Source of the DNA: Mycolicibacterium smegmatis
GTDB taxonomy: Bacteria; Actinomycetota; Actinomycetes; Mycobacteriales; Mycobacteriaceae
NCBI RefSeq assembly: GCF_001457595.1
Contig: NZ_LN831039.1
Coordinates: 1,350,001-1,382,000 of the forward strand
DNA length: 32,000 nt
Direction of reading: 5' to 3'
The notes below the pieces were generated by a model, which saw nothing but the letters and a program-made list of their open reading frames with translations, had not been told where the DNA came from and made no database searches. Both the position numbers and the translations under genes were made by a program. Positions 1-12,318 of this stretch are shown in pieces. How positions within the stretch are numbered: position 1 is the stretch's first letter; every line of letters begins with the position of its first letter.

Positions 1-760
1 TCGGGTCGATGTTCGAGTAGTCGGGAATGTTCCCCAGGTCGTTGAGGGCGGTGGCCAGTTCAGCTTTCAGCTTGCGGACCTTTTCGAATGCAGGGCTGCC
101 GGCCCCACCTGTATACGCGGCGCTCATCGCCTCATCGAGCTGCTTCTGTATGCCGCGAATTTTGGTCATCTGGTCGATGACGGCCTGGTTGGTCGCCTCT
201 TGGAGCTCTTCGAGCAGAACGGTGGGATCTGTGTGCGGCGCACCATCGGGTACCTGGATTGGTTTGTCGGCGACCGCAACCCGCAGCGCGTTCCCTATCT
301 CGACATCGGTGGCAGTGGCTTTGACAAGTAGAGCTTTGAGCCGCTCCTCGGCGGTCGCCCGCACCCGTTCTCGTTGTGCGGCTTCGTCTTCGTCGGTAAC
401 GTCCGCGGCTTGAGGATCCACCACCGAGCCATTCGGCTGTATCTGCATACCCAATGACTCGGGCTCGGCGCGCGCGGCTGCCAGTTCGTTGATACACCAA
501 CGCACGTCTTTGATCGCGGTATCAATGATGCCCGCGACTGCGGTTGTTTCACGATGCTGTTGGTCGACTTCGACCATCGCTTTGCCATGTTCAGTACGCC
601 ACGCCTCGGCCGCGTCTCCATGCCAATCGTCCAAGCTCTTCTTGGTGGCATCGAGGCCGTCGCCTAGCCGCCGGAGGCTATGACCGGCATTGAGCACACT
701 GTCTTTCACCTGTTGAAGAAGGCCGACGTCCCACTGCTCGATGTCCGGAATCGAGACCAC
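1..760 (-). CDS. N-terminal part of a large type VII secretion (WXG100-like) substrate / putative polymorphic-toxin-like protein, continues off the left edge
   Basis: GTG start at 760 on the minus strand and open to base 1. The translation begins MVSIPDIEQWDVGLLQQVKDSVLNAGHSLRRLGDGLDATKKSLDDWHGDAAEAWRTEHGKAMVEVD; DDWHGDAAEAW is a W-x-G-type helical hairpin motif. Lies directly downstream of an EspC-like gene. Missed by the supplied ORF track because it runs off the window. Confidence 0.7.
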   Translation of the reverse strand, partial: MVSIPDIEQWDVGLLQQVKDSVLNAGHSLRRLGDGLDATKKSLDDWHGDAAEAWRTEHGKAMVEVDQQHRETTAVAGIIDTAIKDVRWCINELAAARAEPESLGMQIQPNGSVVDPQAADVTDEDEAAQRERVRATAEERLKALLVKATATDVEIGNALRVAVADKPIQVPDGAPHTDPTVLLEELQEATNQAVIDQMTKIRGIQKQLDEAMSAAYTGGAGSPAFEKVRKLKAELATALNDLGNIPDYSNIDP

Positions 761-763
761 GGG

Positions 764-1072
764 CTAAAGGGACGTTTCGGACTTCTGAATCTCGTCGGAG
801 GCGCTATGGTCCGTTGTGAGATAGCCCGCAACGGCTTCGGACATCGCGCTACCGATCCGTCCTACCTCGGTGTGCAATGCAGCCCGTTTGTCCGCCCAAC
901 ACGTCGCCACGTGCCCGAGGGCGGCGGCGATCTCGCCGTTCCACTTTCCGGCGGCACTCACGAGCTCATCGTCGTGGTTGGAGTGTTCACGTCGTGACGT
1001 GTCCATGTGATCAAGCATGGCGCTTGAAGCGTGATGAAGACTCTCGACATTGACACGCAACGGCTCAGGCAT
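764..1072 (-). CDS. EspC-like / ESX-secretion-associated small protein (about 102 aa)
   Basis: MPEPLRVNVESLHHASSAMLDHM...AAALGHVATCWADKRAALHTEVGRIGSAMSEAVAGYLTTDHSASDEIQ. This has the length and layout of mycobacterial EspC-like (type VII secretion target) proteins; stop codon 3 bp from the next gene's start. Confidence 0.7.
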   Translation of the reverse strand: MPEPLRVNVESLHHASSAMLDHMDTSRREHSNHDDELVSAAGKWNGEIAAALGHVATCWADKRAALHTEVGRIGSAMSEAVAGYLTTDHSASDEIQKSETSL

Positions 1073-1112
1073 AGTTCCCCCTCAGAGAAATACTGATAGA
1101 CAATTTTACTAG

Positions 1113-2807
1113 CCCGGATTTTTCGTCGATGGTGATGGCGGTGGATTTGTAGGGCGTGATGGTTGGTCGGGTGACGTCTGCGGTCACAAGGCATGCTGGG
1201 GTGGTCCCGTGTCGCCGGGTGGGGCGGGCTTTCCCATGGCCGGTAGGTCTTTCGTGATCGATCGGTCGGGAGGCCGGCTGTTATCCGAAGGCGGTGCGCA
1301 GGTGTTGCCAGGCGGTGGCGATCGCCGATGCCCAGCGCCAGGTGGCGTCGATGCGCAGCCGGAGTTGGCGGGCGCCGCGGGTGATGCGGGCTGCGACGTG
1401 CAGCACGCGGTAGCGGAACGTGGCGATCTCGGCGCGGGCCAGCGTCGGATCACTGGTGAATCCGATGAGCCGTGCCCAGGTGACCAGGTCGGTGGCGGCC
1501 AGGACGATCTCGAGCCAGGCGGCGTTGGCCCAGAAGCCGTGACACGGCAGGTTGCGTAGGCCGGTGTTCTTGAGTTCGCGGATGCGGTCCTCGACGCGGG
1601 CGTGCTGGCGGTGCCGCAACTCCAGGCCGGCGACTTGGCCGGCCACGACACCGGTGGGTGTGTCGGTGATGAACGCGGTGACGCGCATTCCGTCGGTGTC
1701 GGTGAACCGCAGCTGGGCGCCGGGATGCGGTCTCTCCTTGCGCAGGATCAGCCGGGTGCCCGGCGGCCAGCTGTTGAGGTTGACCAAGGTGGTGGCCTCG
1801 GCGACCCAGGCGCCGTCACGGATGCCGCCGTCGGTGTCGATGGCCGGGTACCAGCCCTCGGCAAGGTTGAGGGTGTCGGCGGCGTCCTGGACGCGGGCGT
1901 CGACGGGGTAGCCGAAGGAGAATCCGACTCCCTGCTCGCGGCAGGCGTCGGCGAATCGGTGGGTGGCTCCGGCGGTGTCGCAACGCACCAGCACCTGGGG
2001 CCGGTCGGGATCACCGCCACGACTCGAGTCGGGCCGCCACGGCGCGGGCAGCGCTGCCAGCGCCTGGGCCAGGACGATGATGTGGTCGCTGGCGGTGTTG
2101 GAGCCCGCGTTGCCGCTGCGCAGCAGCCCGGCCAGGGCTTCCCCGCCGGCGATCTCGGGGCGGTCCAGGAACGCCAGCAGCGGATGGTGTCCGAACGTTT
2201 TCTTCCAGGTCGGCGTCGCGCCGTGTTTGTTGTCGGAGTGATCGATCACCACGGTGGCGTCGATGTCGATGTGCAGCCAGCCACCCGGTTCGGGGGCCGC
2301 ACCGGCGGCCCAGGCCGCCGCCCGCGCGCTGGCGCGGGCCGCGCGCACCGCAGGCAGGTGTGCGGCGTCGATGCGCTCATCGACCAGCCGCCACATCGTG
2401 GTCGTGGAGGCTTTCGCGCCGAACGCGTGCTCACGGTCGCCGCACAGTTGGCCGACCCCGTCAATGCAGTCCGCGCCGTCGGCGACCGCCGCGGCCAGAT
2501 CGGCGAACACCTCGCCGGGTGCGTAGGTCCACGGCCCGCGGTAGGTGTCGGCCAAAGCGCCGGTGACCTGCGCTGATAGGCCGGTCCGGTCGGCCAGTTC
2601 CCGCAGTAGGCCCATCCCGGCGTGCGACACGACCCCGTGGCCGTCGGCTGACACTTTCACCCGCGATGCGGCCGCGATACTCTTCACCTGCGAAGTGCCT
2701 TCCCGTCAGGATGGTTGAACCCTAGAGAAGTCCAATTATCCCTTGCAGGACAGGCACTTTCGCTTATCTACACGCCCTCACCAGAGATAATCCGCGAAAA
2801 ATCTGGG
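1113..2807 (-). mobile_element. Complete IS1380-family insertion sequence, 1695 bp
   Basis: Terminal inverted repeats CCCGGATTTTTCG (1113-1125) and CGAAAAATCTGGG (2795-2807). Flanked by the 4-bp direct repeat CTAG (1109-1112 and 2808-2811). Contains a full transposase. Confidence 0.9.
1281..2687 (-). CDS. IS1380-family transposase (468 aa)
   Basis: Full-length ORF. Sequence features such as WLHIDIDATVVIDHSDNKHGATPTWKKTFGHHPLLAFLDRP, VLVRCDTAGATHRF and ARVEDRIRELKNTGLRNLPCHGFWANAAWLEIVLAATDLVTWARL are typical of IS1380 DDE transposases. Confidence 0.9.
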   Translation of the reverse strand: MKSIAAASRVKVSADGHGVVSHAGMGLLRELADRTGLSAQVTGALADTYRGPWTYAPGEVFADLAAAVADGADCIDGVGQLCGDREHAFGAKASTTTMWRLVDERIDAAHLPAVRAARASARAAAWAAGAAPEPGGWLHIDIDATVVIDHSDNKHGATPTWKKTFGHHPLLAFLDRPEIAGGEALAGLLRSGNAGSNTASDHIIVLAQALAALPAPWRPDSSRGGDPDRPQVLVRCDTAGATHRFADACREQGVGFSFGYPVDARVQDAADTLNLAEGWYPAIDTDGGIRDGAWVAEATTLVNLNSWPPGTRLILRKERPHPGAQLRFTDTDGMRVTAFITDTPTGVVAGQVAGLELRHRQHARVEDRIRELKNTGLRNLPCHGFWANAAWLEIVLAATDLVTWARLIGFTSDPTLARAEIATFRYRVLHVAARITRGARQLRLRIDATWRWASAIATAWQHLRTAFG

Positions 2808-2950
2808 CTAGCGCGTGCCGAAGTAATGCGTCACAGATTCGCGGCACGCCTCAGACGTTTGACCAGCGTGGAGTCGTGGAAGGTGCGGTTGTGGTAGCGG
2901 CCAGCCCGAATCATGGCTGACGGGAAGCCGCGGTTCGACGTCTTCCAGAA

Positions 2951-2994
2951 TGTTGTCGAACGGCTACAATCGGCGATGTTGTCGAACGACTACA
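2951..2994 (+). promoter_or_regulatory. Two tandem 18-bp palindromic operator candidates
   Basis: TGTTGTCGAACGGCTACA (2951-2968) and TGTTGTCGAACGACTACA (2977-2994) fit TGTnGTCGnnCGACnACA, with 26-bp spacing, ending 13 bp before the ATG of the XRE gene. Confidence 0.65.
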
Positions 2995-3007
2995 TGGTGG
3001 TGGCGGG

Positions 3008-3331
3008 ATGCAGATCAAGACCATGGGCGACGTCGGTGCACTTGTTCGCTCCGCTCGAACCGCACGCGGGATGACGCAGGCGGACCTTGCCCAGCGGTTG
3101 CGCATCAGCCGGGATTGGGTCGTCCGACTCGAGAAAGGCCACCCTCGGCTTGAGGCGCAACGTGTGATTGACGCGCTGCGTGTCGCCGGCGTGAGCCTAG
3201 AGGCGACCGTGGCTGATACGCAGGGGAGTGGTCCGCGTAAACGGGTCCGAAAGACCAGTGTTCAGAAGCCCGCGCCTACCTCGAAGGCGCCAGACCCCTT
3301 CGACGCACTGTTTGGCACTAGCCAGGATTGA
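3008..3331 (+). CDS. XRE-family HTH regulator, HipB-like antitoxin type
   Basis: MGDVGALVRSARTARGMTQADLAQRLRISRDWVVRLEKGHPRLEAQRVIDALRVAGVSLEATV: classic Cro/C1 HTH followed by a lysine-rich tail. No HipA-like ORF follows. Confidence 0.8.
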   Translation: MQIKTMGDVGALVRSARTARGMTQADLAQRLRISRDWVVRLEKGHPRLEAQRVIDALRVAGVSLEATVADTQGSGPRKRVRKTSVQKPAPTSKAPDPFDALFGTSQD

Positions 3332-3375
3332 TCTGGACGTTGCGTGTTTGTCGTTGTCTCGCCGCGAATCCGTGC

Positions 3376-4668
3376 TCACCCCGCGATCGGTCGATGAACA
3401 TCCAACAGTGCAAGGTCGGCTGCGGTGCGTCCGGCCAACCATCCTGCGCCGTTGGATACCGACAATTCGCGGGGAACTGTGGTGGGAAACAGTCGATCGG
3501 TCAGGTCATCGGTGGCCTGGCTACGTGCGGCCAGAACCGGAAGCAACGCGTCGCGATCCATCTCCGTGGCCACCGTCGCTGAGGTGGCCGTGAGGCGTTC
3601 ACCGATACGAGCGGCGTAGGACAGAAGAAAAGACTGGCGGAACGAGCGTGTCCGGGTCTGCCGGCCGTTGGTCCCACGGCCGGCCGCCAGCATCGCCCGG
3701 TTGGCCTGCACCAGGAGCGAGGTGGACAGCAGCTCAACGAAATCCACATCGCAGTCGGCACCGATGACCGCGACGAATCCGATCTTCTCCGCGCACACCA
3801 TGCGACACCGGTTGGCCGTTGCCACGGACTGCACCAGTGCCGACTTCGCAACGACGTAGGGATTGTCGATCCAGATCCGCCGGGCAACGGCCTCCATCGC
3901 ATCGTTGCGTTGGTGGTCCCGAATCGCATGGTGCAGTGAGTATCTGCTCATCAGCTCTTGGGCCTTGGCCGAAAGCGCTTCTGCTTCTTCGGTGAACTCG
4001 GTGGCCTCTGCCTTGGCCAGCAGCCCGCGCACCCGGCTGAGCACTTTGGCGTCGGCCTCGTTCGCAGCGACGGAAGCCACGTGCTGGGCGGCGCCTGGCA
4101 GTGGAAGCAATGGTTCCAGGATCGGCAGGGTTCCGAGGAACCGCAGCACCTTCAGCACCACCGTCAATGCCGTGCGATGGTGGACACCTTGTCTGCTTGC
4201 CCAGCCCCACATTTGGGGAGCGTCTGGGATTCCGCCGGCGGACAACGCCGCAACCTCCGCGCGCCATCGCGGATGCAGTGCGGTGGAGGCATATTGGCGG
4301 GACTCGAGAACGATTGCCTCGGCGAGGTAGCCGGCGCTCGATGCGTCGAGACGGCGACGAGCGAACTCATGCAGATCATTCGGCGCCCAACCTGCCTGCC
4401 ACGCCCCGCCGATGGCGACGGCCATGGCACCATCGGCGGCGACATCGAGATCGTGCGCCCAGTCGCGACACTCGTCGAGCAGTTCGGTGGCATGGGATTC
4501 GGCGTCGTGGTCAGGACACATCGCGCAGTGGTGCAACCGTGCGATGAGATGGTCGAGTACGGCGACACGGTCGTACTCGGGAGCGGTGTTCCAGCGTCCC
4601 TGTCGGGACGACGCGCGCCGGCGATCCTTCTGCTTGGCGGCGCGTTTTTGGCGATTGCGGCGGCTCAT
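3376..4668 (-). CDS. DUF2786 domain-containing protein
   Basis: ORF 3376..4824 with probable true start ATG at 4668 (MSRRNRQKRAAKQKDRRRASSRQGRW...). Contains KVLSRVRGLLAKAEATEFTEEAEALSAKAQELMSRYSLHHA, the DUF2786 signature. Confidence 0.75.
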   Translation of the reverse strand: MSRRNRQKRAAKQKDRRRASSRQGRWNTAPEYDRVAVLDHLIARLHHCAMCPDHDAESHATELLDECRDWAHDLDVAADGAMAVAIGGAWQAGWAPNDLHEFARRRLDASSAGYLAEAIVLESRQYASTALHPRWRAEVAALSAGGIPDAPQMWGWASRQGVHHRTALTVVLKVLRFLGTLPILEPLLPLPGAAQHVASVAANEADAKVLSRVRGLLAKAEATEFTEEAEALSAKAQELMSRYSLHHAIRDHQRNDAMEAVARRIWIDNPYVVAKSALVQSVATANRCRMVCAEKIGFVAVIGADCDVDFVELLSTSLLVQANRAMLAAGRGTNGRQTRTRSFRQSFLLSYAARIGERLTATSATVATEMDRDALLPVLAARSQATDDLTDRLFPTTVPRELSVSNGAGWLAGRTAADLALLDVHRPIAG

Positions 4669-4780
4669 GTCTGGATTCTGGCGGAGGGGTCTGACATGAA
4701 ACGCCGACGTTCGGCTGCCGCGAAGAAACGCGCCCTGTCCGCCCTGCAACCAGACGCACCTCGTGCCTACGCTGTGCCGC

Positions 4781-5656
4781 ATGCTCACCGAACTGGTCGC
4801 CCTTGACGGCGGCACTTTCCGCATGGGATCGCAGGACTTCTATCCCGAGGAAGCACCCGTGCACGAGGTCAGCGTCGCGCCGTTCTCGATCGAGCGTCAT
4901 CCCGTCACCAACGCACAGTTCGCGGAGTTCGTCGCCGCCACCGGGTATGTCACGGTCGCCGAACAGGAACTCGACCCGGCCGCGTTCCCGGGCGTGCCCG
5001 CCGACGAGCTGGTGCCCGGCGCCCTGGTGTTCCAGCCCACCGAGGGGCCGGTGAACCTGCGGGACTGGCGGCAGTGGTGGACGTGGGTGCCCGGCGCGTG
5101 CTGGAAGCACCCGAAAGGACCCGGATCGTCGATCGACGACGTGCCGGATCACCCGGTGGTGCAGGTCGCCTACCCCGACGCCGCGGCGTACGCGGCCTGG
5201 GCCGGTCGCCGGCTGCCCACCGAGGCGGAGTGGGAGTACGCCGCGCGGGCGGGCGCGACGACCGTCTACGCGTGGGGGGACGACGTGCGGCCCGATGGGC
5301 AGTTGATGGCCAACACCTGGCAGGGGCGGTTCCCGTACCGCAACGACGGGGCCCTGGGCTGGACGGGCACGTCACCGGTCGGCGCGTTCCCGCCGAACGG
5401 GTTCGGCCTGGTCGACATGATCGGCAACGTGTGGGAGTGGACCTCGACCCGGTACACGCCCCGGCACAGCCGGCGCCCGGAGGTGTCCGGATGCTGCCCC
5501 GCACCGGGCGGGGACCCGTCGATCCATCAGACGCTCAAGGGTGGCTCACACCTGTGCGCCCCGGAGTACTGCCACCGCTATCGGCCCGCGGCACGCTCGT
5601 CGCAGTCGCAGGACAGCGCCACCACGCACATCGGTTTCCGCTGCGTCGCGGGCTGA
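4781..5656 (+). CDS. Formylglycine-generating enzyme (sulfatase-modifying factor) family protein
   Basis: GGTFRMGSQDFYPEEAPVHEVSVAPFSIERHPVTNAQFAEFVAATGYVTVAEQE...RRLPTEAEWEYAARAG...GNVWEWTSTRYTP...LKGGSHLCAPEYCHRYRPAARSSQSQDSATTHIGFRC. This is the FGE-sulfatase fold with the SxLCxxxYCxRYRPAAR active-site region. An alternative GTG start lies at 4763. Confidence 0.92.
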   Translation: MLTELVALDGGTFRMGSQDFYPEEAPVHEVSVAPFSIERHPVTNAQFAEFVAATGYVTVAEQELDPAAFPGVPADELVPGALVFQPTEGPVNLRDWRQWWTWVPGACWKHPKGPGSSIDDVPDHPVVQVAYPDAAAYAAWAGRRLPTEAEWEYAARAGATTVYAWGDDVRPDGQLMANTWQGRFPYRNDGALGWTGTSPVGAFPPNGFGLVDMIGNVWEWTSTRYTPRHSRRPEVSGCCPAPGGDPSIHQTLKGGSHLCAPEYCHRYRPAARSSQSQDSATTHIGFRCVAG

Positions 5657-5780
5657 CGCAGTGGCGGATTTCGCACCGTAACGCCGTCGCATAGCCGCTG
5701 GCCTAGGACTTTACGAAGTAACAGGTGGCGTAACACTGCACGTATCGCCACCCGGTGATTCCGGTGGCACAGTAACTCGC

Positions 5781-6605
5781 ATGACCCGGCGCCCCCACAT
5801 CCCGCCAAAGGACTTCCCCCGTCCTGCGACGCGCGAGTACGCCGGCACCCGGGCCGATGCGGCCCGGTGGGCCCGTGACGTGCTGCGCGGCAAGATCCTC
5901 GACGGCGTCTACGGCGGGCTGGCCGCAGCCCGCCCCATGCTGCCGCCCGAGAACGAACTGGCCGCCGAGTTCGGCGTCAGCCGCAACGCGATCCGCGAAG
6001 CGCTCGAGCTGCTGCGCGGCGAGGGGCTGATCACGCGTGTGCAAGGCGCGGGCACGTTCGTCACCGGCGCCAAACTGAGCCAGCGCATCGACCGCCTCGA
6101 AGGTCTCGCCGAATCCCTTGCGGGACACCAACTGCCCGTGGAGAACACGGTGTTGTCGGTGCGTGAGTCGGTGGCATCGCCGTTCGTCGCGGCCAAACTC
6201 CAACTGCCCGAGGGCGCGCCGATCCTGTTCATCGAACGGTTGCGCTCGGTCGGCGGGGTGCCGCTGTCGCTGGACACGACCTCGCTGCGGCTCGGCGCGG
6301 TCAGCGTCGACGACAACCTCGACCGACAGGACGTCTTCGCGCTGATCGAGCGGGAACTCGGGATGCGCCTGGGCTGGGCCGAGATGACCGTCGAATCGGT
6401 GTCCGCCGACGCCGATACCGCCAAACTTCTGCAAATCCGTTCCGGTGCACCGCTGTTGTTGCTGCACCGGCTCACCCATCTCGAAGACGGCACCCCGTTC
6501 GACTTCGAGACCGTGCGGTACCGCGGTGACCGCTGCACGCTGATGACCACCGCCGCCCGGGGAGTCGACGAGCCACCCCAGGCCCCGCAAGAGCCGCCAC
6601 AGTAG
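5781..6605 (+). CDS. GntR family (FadR-like) transcriptional regulator
   Basis: GKILDGVYGGLAAARPMLPPENELAAEFGVSRNAIREALELLRGEGLITRVQGAGTFVTG: winged HTH typical of GntR, with a ligand-binding C-terminal region. Confidence 0.9.
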   Translation: MTRRPHIPPKDFPRPATREYAGTRADAARWARDVLRGKILDGVYGGLAAARPMLPPENELAAEFGVSRNAIREALELLRGEGLITRVQGAGTFVTGAKLSQRIDRLEGLAESLAGHQLPVENTVLSVRESVASPFVAAKLQLPEGAPILFIERLRSVGGVPLSLDTTSLRLGAVSVDDNLDRQDVFALIERELGMRLGWAEMTVESVSADADTAKLLQIRSGAPLLLLHRLTHLEDGTPFDFETVRYRGDRCTLMTTAARGVDEPPQAPQEPPQ

Positions 6606-6667
6606 CCGGCGCTTCTCCACCTCACCTTCACCCGTAACACCCCCGTTTACAGAGAGGTAGTTCAACC

Positions 6668-9998
<3,331 letters not shown>

Positions 9999-10322
9999 TC
10001 ACACGAGCGCCAGATACGTCATCACCAGGACGCCCTCGGCGATGATCGCGACACCGGCCGCCCGGACATGAGTCCGGGCGGCCGCGGCGCGCGGATGGGC
10101 CAGCAGCCGGCGACGCCGGTGGGCGCCGAGCGCGAACACGCATGCCGCCAACATCGCGACTGCCGCCACCACAACAAGCCGTCCCGGCGCCTGCAGAATG
10201 TCCCTGTCGCGCAGCAGCACCAGCACGCCGGAGGCCGCGATGGCCAGTGCCGTTCGGGTCCAGGCCAGCGCGGTGCGTTCGGCCTGCAACCCCCGGTCCT
10301 CGGCCAGCGCCTGGCGCGTCAT
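9999..10322 (-). CDS. DUF202 / YidH-like small membrane protein
   Basis: [41 protein letters not shown]... [10 protein letters not shown] motif. The start overlaps the upstream gene's stop (ATGA). The track ORF 9999..10709 is overextended. Confidence 0.8.
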   Translation of the reverse strand: MTRQALAEDRGLQAERTALAWTRTALAIAASGVLVLLRDRDILQAPGRLVVVAAVAMLAACVFALGAHRRRRLLAHPRAAAARTHVRAAGVAIIAEGVLVMTYLALV

Positions 10323-10699
10323 CGGAACGTCGCGGCGATCGCCAGGGCGACGGTGACCAGGCCCATCATCGACAGCCCGGCCGCCAGGTAGGTCGGCACC
10401 GCGACGCGCGGCAGCGGTTCGTCGCGGCGCATCGCGCGATCCACCTGCGACCACCGGTGCAGACCCGCCATCGACGTCAAGATCGCCATGGCGCCGACCG
10501 TCATCCCGAGGACGTGCCGAAGGCCCGGAATCGTCAGCTCCGGCAGGAACTGCACCACCGCGACGGCCGCGGCCAGCAGTCCGAGCGAGGTGCGTTGCCA
10601 GGCAAGGAACGTGCGCTCGTTGGCCAGGGTGAACCGGTAGTCGGGTTCGATCAGCGTTTCGACGCTCACCGTTTTCGGATTCTCCACGGCTCCAAGCAT
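10319..10699 (-). CDS. DUF202 / YidH-like membrane protein
   Basis: [36 protein letters not shown]... [13 protein letters not shown] is the DUF202 signature, followed by further hydrophobic helices. Confidence 0.85.
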   Translation of the reverse strand: MLGAVENPKTVSVETLIEPDYRFTLANERTFLAWQRTSLGLLAAAVAVVQFLPELTIPGLRHVLGMTVGAMAILTSMAGLHRWSQVDRAMRRDEPLPRVAVPTYLAAGLSMMGLVTVALAIAATFR

Positions 10700-10830
10700 T
10701 TCCGAACAATCAGTGCTGTTCCAGAGCCGATTCGGTGGCGTAACTTCGCTGTCGTACCGGTGCGGATGGCGTAACTATCACGCAACGTCTGATGACAGCG
10801 AGGTAACAGAAGCGGTCGACCCTTATCGGT

Positions 10831-12288
10831 ATGGACAAGGCACAACACGATTCCCCACGCCGGTGGCGCGCCCGCTCGGCTGCGCTGCTGGCGGCGGTCA
10901 CCGTCGGCGGCGCGCAGCTGCTGACCGGGTGCGGTCTGCTGGCCGAGCCCACCGTCGTGGTCAACGTCGGCTACCAGTCCAAGACCATCAACACCGTCAA
11001 CGCCGGCACCCTGCTGCGCGACCGCGGGGACTTCGAGGCCGAGCTCAAGCAGATCGGCGCGTCCACCGGCACCAAGTACCGCGTGGTGTGGCAGGACTTC
11101 GCATCCGGTGCGCCGTTGACCGCGCAGATGATCGCCACGCACGTCGACATCGGCTCGATGGGCGACTATCCGTTGCTCACCAACGGGTCCAAGACGCGTA
11201 AGTACGACGACGCGGTCACCGAGATGATCGCCACCACCGGCTACAACCTGCGCGGGTCGCTGAATCAGGTGGTGGTACCGAGTGATTCGGCCGCGCAGAC
11301 GCTCGACGATCTCACCGGCAAGAAGGTGTCGACCAGTCTCGGGTCGGCCGGTGACGGCATGTTCTCCTCGGCGCTCAAGGGCAACGGGATCGACAAGAAC
11401 GCCGTGCAGATCGTCAACCAGGACCCGTCGGTCGGGGCGTCGGCCATCGACGGACGCCAGGTCGACGCGCTCGCGCAGTTCGTGCCGTGGCCACAGTTGG
11501 TGATCTACCGCAACCAGGGCCGGCTGCTGTACGACGGCGGCGACAACAACGTGCCCACGTTCCACGGCGTGGTGGTGCGCCGCCAGTTCGCCGACCAACG
11601 CCCCGAGGTGATGAGCGCGTTCATGCGGGCCATGCGATCCACCACCGACGCGATCGTCGCCGACCCCGTGGGGTCCGCCCAGCGCATCGGTGAACTCACC
11701 GGCATCGAACCCGAGGTGATCTACCTCTACAACGGCCCCAACGGCCTGGTGAGCTTCGACATGACGCTCAAACAGCAGTTCCTGGGCGCCTTCGCGGCGG
11801 TCAAGGACTATCTGGTCGGGCGTGGTTCGGTGACAGCGGATTTCGACGTTCCCGGGTTCATCAACGACGCGTACCTGCGGGACCTGTTCGGCGACGAATA
11901 CCCCGCGCGCAGCGCCAGCGTCGCAAACCCCATGAAGCTCAGCGGTTTCGACGAGATCTGCGCGCTCCCGGTCGATGATCCCGCGCAGGCCTCCGAGCTG
12001 TGGGCCGCCGGCGCCGACACCACCGACGTCGCGGCGACCCCCAGCTGCCTGTTGCGCCGCGTCGCCGCGACGCCCGAGGTGCGCGCGGCCTACGTACCCG
12101 ACACCGCGACCGGGCTGCGGATCTTCGCCGACCATGCGGTGTGGCTGCAGGATCCGTCCGCACCACCGACGCAGCGCTTCAAGCCGTTCGCCACCCCGGC
12201 GGGCGCCGAGTCCTACCGTGCCCAACACCCCGACGCCGTCGTCGTCTCCTACACCGCTGCGGTCGGGCATTCCCGCGCCGCCAAATAG
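10831..12288 (+). CDS. NitT/TauT-type (SsuA-like) ABC transporter substrate-binding lipoprotein
   Basis: Signal peptide with lipobox LLTGC, then VVVNVGYQSKTINTVNAGTLLRDRGDFEAELKQIG...TAQMIATHVDIGSMGDYPLLTN...GLVSFDMTLKQQFLGAFAAVKDYL. Immediately upstream of permease and ATPase genes. Confidence 0.85.
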   Translation: MDKAQHDSPRRWRARSAALLAAVTVGGAQLLTGCGLLAEPTVVVNVGYQSKTINTVNAGTLLRDRGDFEAELKQIGASTGTKYRVVWQDFASGAPLTAQMIATHVDIGSMGDYPLLTNGSKTRKYDDAVTEMIATTGYNLRGSLNQVVVPSDSAAQTLDDLTGKKVSTSLGSAGDGMFSSALKGNGIDKNAVQIVNQDPSVGASAIDGRQVDALAQFVPWPQLVIYRNQGRLLYDGGDNNVPTFHGVVVRRQFADQRPEVMSAFMRAMRSTTDAIVADPVGSAQRIGELTGIEPEVIYLYNGPNGLVSFDMTLKQQFLGAFAAVKDYLVGRGSVTADFDVPGFINDAYLRDLFGDEYPARSASVANPMKLSGFDEICALPVDDPAQASELWAAGADTTDVAATPSCLLRRVAATPEVRAAYVPDTATGLRIFADHAVWLQDPSAPPTQRFKPFATPAGAESYRAQHPDAVVVSYTAAVGHSRAAK

Positions 12289-12318
12289 CCGCCCCACCAC
12301 TCACGAGAGGAAACACTC

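Noticed and set aside
27-651. Small ORFs in this region (27..413 +, 132..500 -, 295..651 -)
   Set aside because: They overlap the better-supported GTG-initiated minus-strand WxG-type gene (1-760) in other frames; these are high-GC spurious frames.
1602-2576. 324-aa plus-strand ORF
   Set aside because: Antisense shadow of the IS1380-family transposase with repetitive GVG/AGG composition.
5703-6665. 320-aa minus-strand ORF
   Set aside because: Antisense to the GntR gene, which has clear HTH and family features.
10666-12300. 544-aa minus-strand ORF
   Set aside because: Antisense to the substrate-binding protein gene, which has a lipobox and transporter context.
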